From contig JANPEF010000117.1 of assembly GCA_031431875.1 (NCBI GenBank), positions 1 to 18,436 of the forward strand: a stretch of 18,436 nt of DNA, given 5' to 3'. The DNA is from Candidatus Eiseniibacteriota bacterium (GTDB taxonomy: Bacteria > Eisenbacteria > RBG-16-71-46 > DASYSL01). The position numbers were made by a program, and so were the translations under genes. Below, piece after piece: positions 16,797 through 18,436 of the stretch; positions within the stretch are counted from its first letter, which is position 1, and the number at the start of each line of letters is the position of its first letter. The notes under the pieces were generated by a model that searched no databases, was not told the origin of the DNA, and saw only the letters and a program-made list of their open reading frames with translations.

Positions 16797-16809
16797 CCAC
16801 GTCACTTCC
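16797..16809 (+). repeat. 13-bp direct repeat spanning the mnmE stop codon
   Basis: Last 8 nt of mnmE plus 5 nt downstream; identical to 14131-14143. Confidence 0.7.
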
Positions 16810-18193
16810 CGATACAGAACCGCGCAAAAATCCGATCCAGCAAATCCGGTGCGGCGGCTTCGCCGGTGATCTCGCCGAGCGCGTCGAGCGCCAGGCGCAC
16901 TTCGCCGGCGACGATCTCGCCGGGCTCGCCGGCCGTTGCGGCCGCGCGGGCCGCGGCGATGGCGGTCTGGGCGCGACCGAGCGCGTCGATGTGGCGGCGG
17001 TTGGTAACCAGGGCTTCGGCGGTGTCGTCGGCCGCGCTGCCCCGGCCGCCCGCGCCGCCGCCCGCGCTGCCCACCGAGCCGCCGAGCCGGCGGATGATCT
17101 CTTCACGAAGCTCCGGCAACCCGGCTCCAGTGACGGCGGACACAGATCGGCGACTCTGCGGAGCCTCGTCGGGGAGCAGATCCAACTTCGTCCAGACCTG
17201 GACCGCCCTGCCCTGGTCAACGAGCTCCCGGAGCGCGTCCATCTCGCGCGAATCACTCTCCGTCCGATCGATCACCAGCAGCACCAGGTCGGCATCCGCC
17301 AGCTCACGCCGCGTGCGCTCGACGCCGAAGGCCTCGACCCCATCGGCATCGCGCACGCCGGCGGTGTCGACCAGCCGCACCGGGATGCCGCCGAGGTCGA
17401 TGCGCTCGGCCACCGCGTCGCGCGTGGTGCCGGGCGTGTCGGAGACGATCGCGCGGTCTTCGCCGAGCAGGGCGTTGAACAGCGACGACTTACCGGCGTT
17501 CGGTAGCCCGACGAGCACGACCCGGACGCCCTCGCGGGCGCGGCGGCCCAGGTCGGATCCAGCGAGCAGGGCCGCGAGGCGGGCGTCGCACTCGGCCAGG
17601 GCGACCGCCACCGCCGGTGGCACCGCGCCGCCATCGACGTCTTCGGCGAAGTCCACACGCGCCTCGATCTCGGCCAGCGCGTTGCGCAACGTCTCGGCCG
17701 TGGCGCGGAGTCCGCGCGAGAGCGCCCCCTCGATCTGACGGACGGCCAATCGCTGCGCGAGAGCGGTCTCGGCATGAATCACGTCGGCGACCGCTTCGGC
17801 CTGGGCAAGATCGATGCGGCCGCCGAGGAACGCCCGTTCGGTGAACTCGCCCGGGCGAGCCACGCGCGCGCCCGCCACAAGAAGCGCGTCCAGCAAGCGC
17901 GGCGCCGAATGCGCACCCCCGTGGCAGGTGATCTCGACCATGTCCTCGCCGGAGTAGGACGCTGGTGCGCGCAGGACGACGGCGGTCACTTCATCGATCG
18001 GATCGCCGTCCGGGCCGGGCGCGAAGGTCCAGCCATGGCGCAGCATCCGGGCCGGTCCCTCGGACAGCAAACGCCGCCCACGGAACACGCGATCCGCAAT
18101 GGCGACAGCGGACGGCCCCGAGAGCCGCACGACGGCGAGTGCGGAGGCGCCCGGTGCGGTGGCGATGGCGGCGATCGTGTCGGCGTGGGACAT
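16802..18193 (-). CDS. mnmE: tRNA modification GTPase MnmE (TrmE)
   Basis: DTIAAIATAPG, PGEFTERAF, GLPNAGKSS, GTTRD, DTAG, C-terminal FCIGK; AGGAG RBS. Confidence 0.98.
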   Translation of the reverse strand: MSHADTIAAIATAPGASALAVVRLSGPSAVAIADRVFRGRRLLSEGPARMLRHGWTFAPGPDGDPIDEVTAVVLRAPASYSGEDMVEITCHGGAHSAPRLLDALLVAGARVARPGEFTERAFLGGRIDLAQAEAVADVIHAETALAQRLAVRQIEGALSRGLRATAETLRNALAEIEARVDFAEDVDGGAVPPAVAVALAECDARLAALLAGSDLGRRAREGVRVVLVGLPNAGKSSLFNALLGEDRAIVSDTPGTTRDAVAERIDLGGIPVRLVDTAGVRDADGVEAFGVERTRRELADADLVLLVIDRTESDSREMDALRELVDQGRAVQVWTKLDLLPDEAPQSRRSVSAVTGAGLPELREEIIRRLGGSVGSAGGGAGGRGSAADDTAEALVTNRRHIDALGRAQTAIAAARAAATAGEPGEIVAGEVRLALDALGEITGEAAAPDLLDRIFARFCIGK

Positions 18194-18207
18194 GATGCAC
18201 TCCTGCA

Positions 18208-18242
18208 AAGAACAAAACCCCGGCTCGACGGCGAGCCGGGGT
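18208..18242 (-). terminator. Intrinsic terminator-like hairpin between jag and mnmE
   Basis: 11-bp stem accccggctcg/cgagccggggt with a 4-nt loop, followed on the - strand by tttgttcttt; a second GC hairpin lies at 18258-18281. Confidence 0.6.
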
Positions 18243-18283
18243 CGGGGAATCGAACAGGCCCGGCGCGCCAGCGCGCCGGGCGC

Positions 18284-18436
18284 TCAATCGTCCGAGAGCG
18301 CCCGGATCGACATGCGTTTGGTGGCGCCTTCGCCGAACGACTCGGTGGCGACGCGCGGATCGTCGGCCAGCATGCGGTGCACGAGGCGGCGCTCCTCGGC
18401 CGCGAGCGGCCCGGTGACCATTTCCTCGCCGCTGGT
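18284..18436 (-). CDS. jag: Jag/KhpB (EloR) R3H-domain protein, 3' end
   Basis: Manual translation TSGEEMVTGPLAAEERRLVHRMLADDPRVATESFGEGATKRMSIRALSDD*, with an R3H motif (RRLVH); the position upstream of mnmE is the usual synteny. Confidence 0.85.
   Translation of the reverse strand, partial: TSGEEMVTGPLAAEERRLVHRMLADDPRVATESFGEGATKRMSIRALSDD

Overview
GC-rich bacterial window. The right end is core genome from the yidC-jag-mnmE region: the 3' end of jag/khpB and an intact mnmE, both on the - strand. The ~16.8 kb downstream of the mnmE stop is a patchwork of small accessory genes: two SnoaL proteins, a cupin, a BacNav-type channel with a TVEGWPD filter, DUF2200, two paralogous GNATs, a DHFR/RibD-C protein, DUF4440, an orphan histidine kinase, a protoglobin-redoxin-HxlR divergon, an O-methyltransferase, a zeta-like ATPase with a small partner, a class C beta-lactamase, DUF3024, a VOC protein, a DUF222-like HNH nuclease and a rhodanese. 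No integrase, intact transposase, tRNA, rRNA or CRISPR array was seen. The most striking unannotated structures are: (1) a long hairpin in the HNH gene linker whose core is conserved in a decayed paralog while the outer arms differ yet stay perfectly paired; (2) an ~85-bp direct repeat with a 9-bp CGTACG period flanking a GNAT gene; (3) a 13-bp duplication of the mnmE stop region bounding a 2.65-kb GNAT-VOC-HNH-rhodanese block; (4) several collapsed, internally deleted gene remnants, some copying intact genes in the same window. All family assignments come from motif recognition by eye, not database searches.
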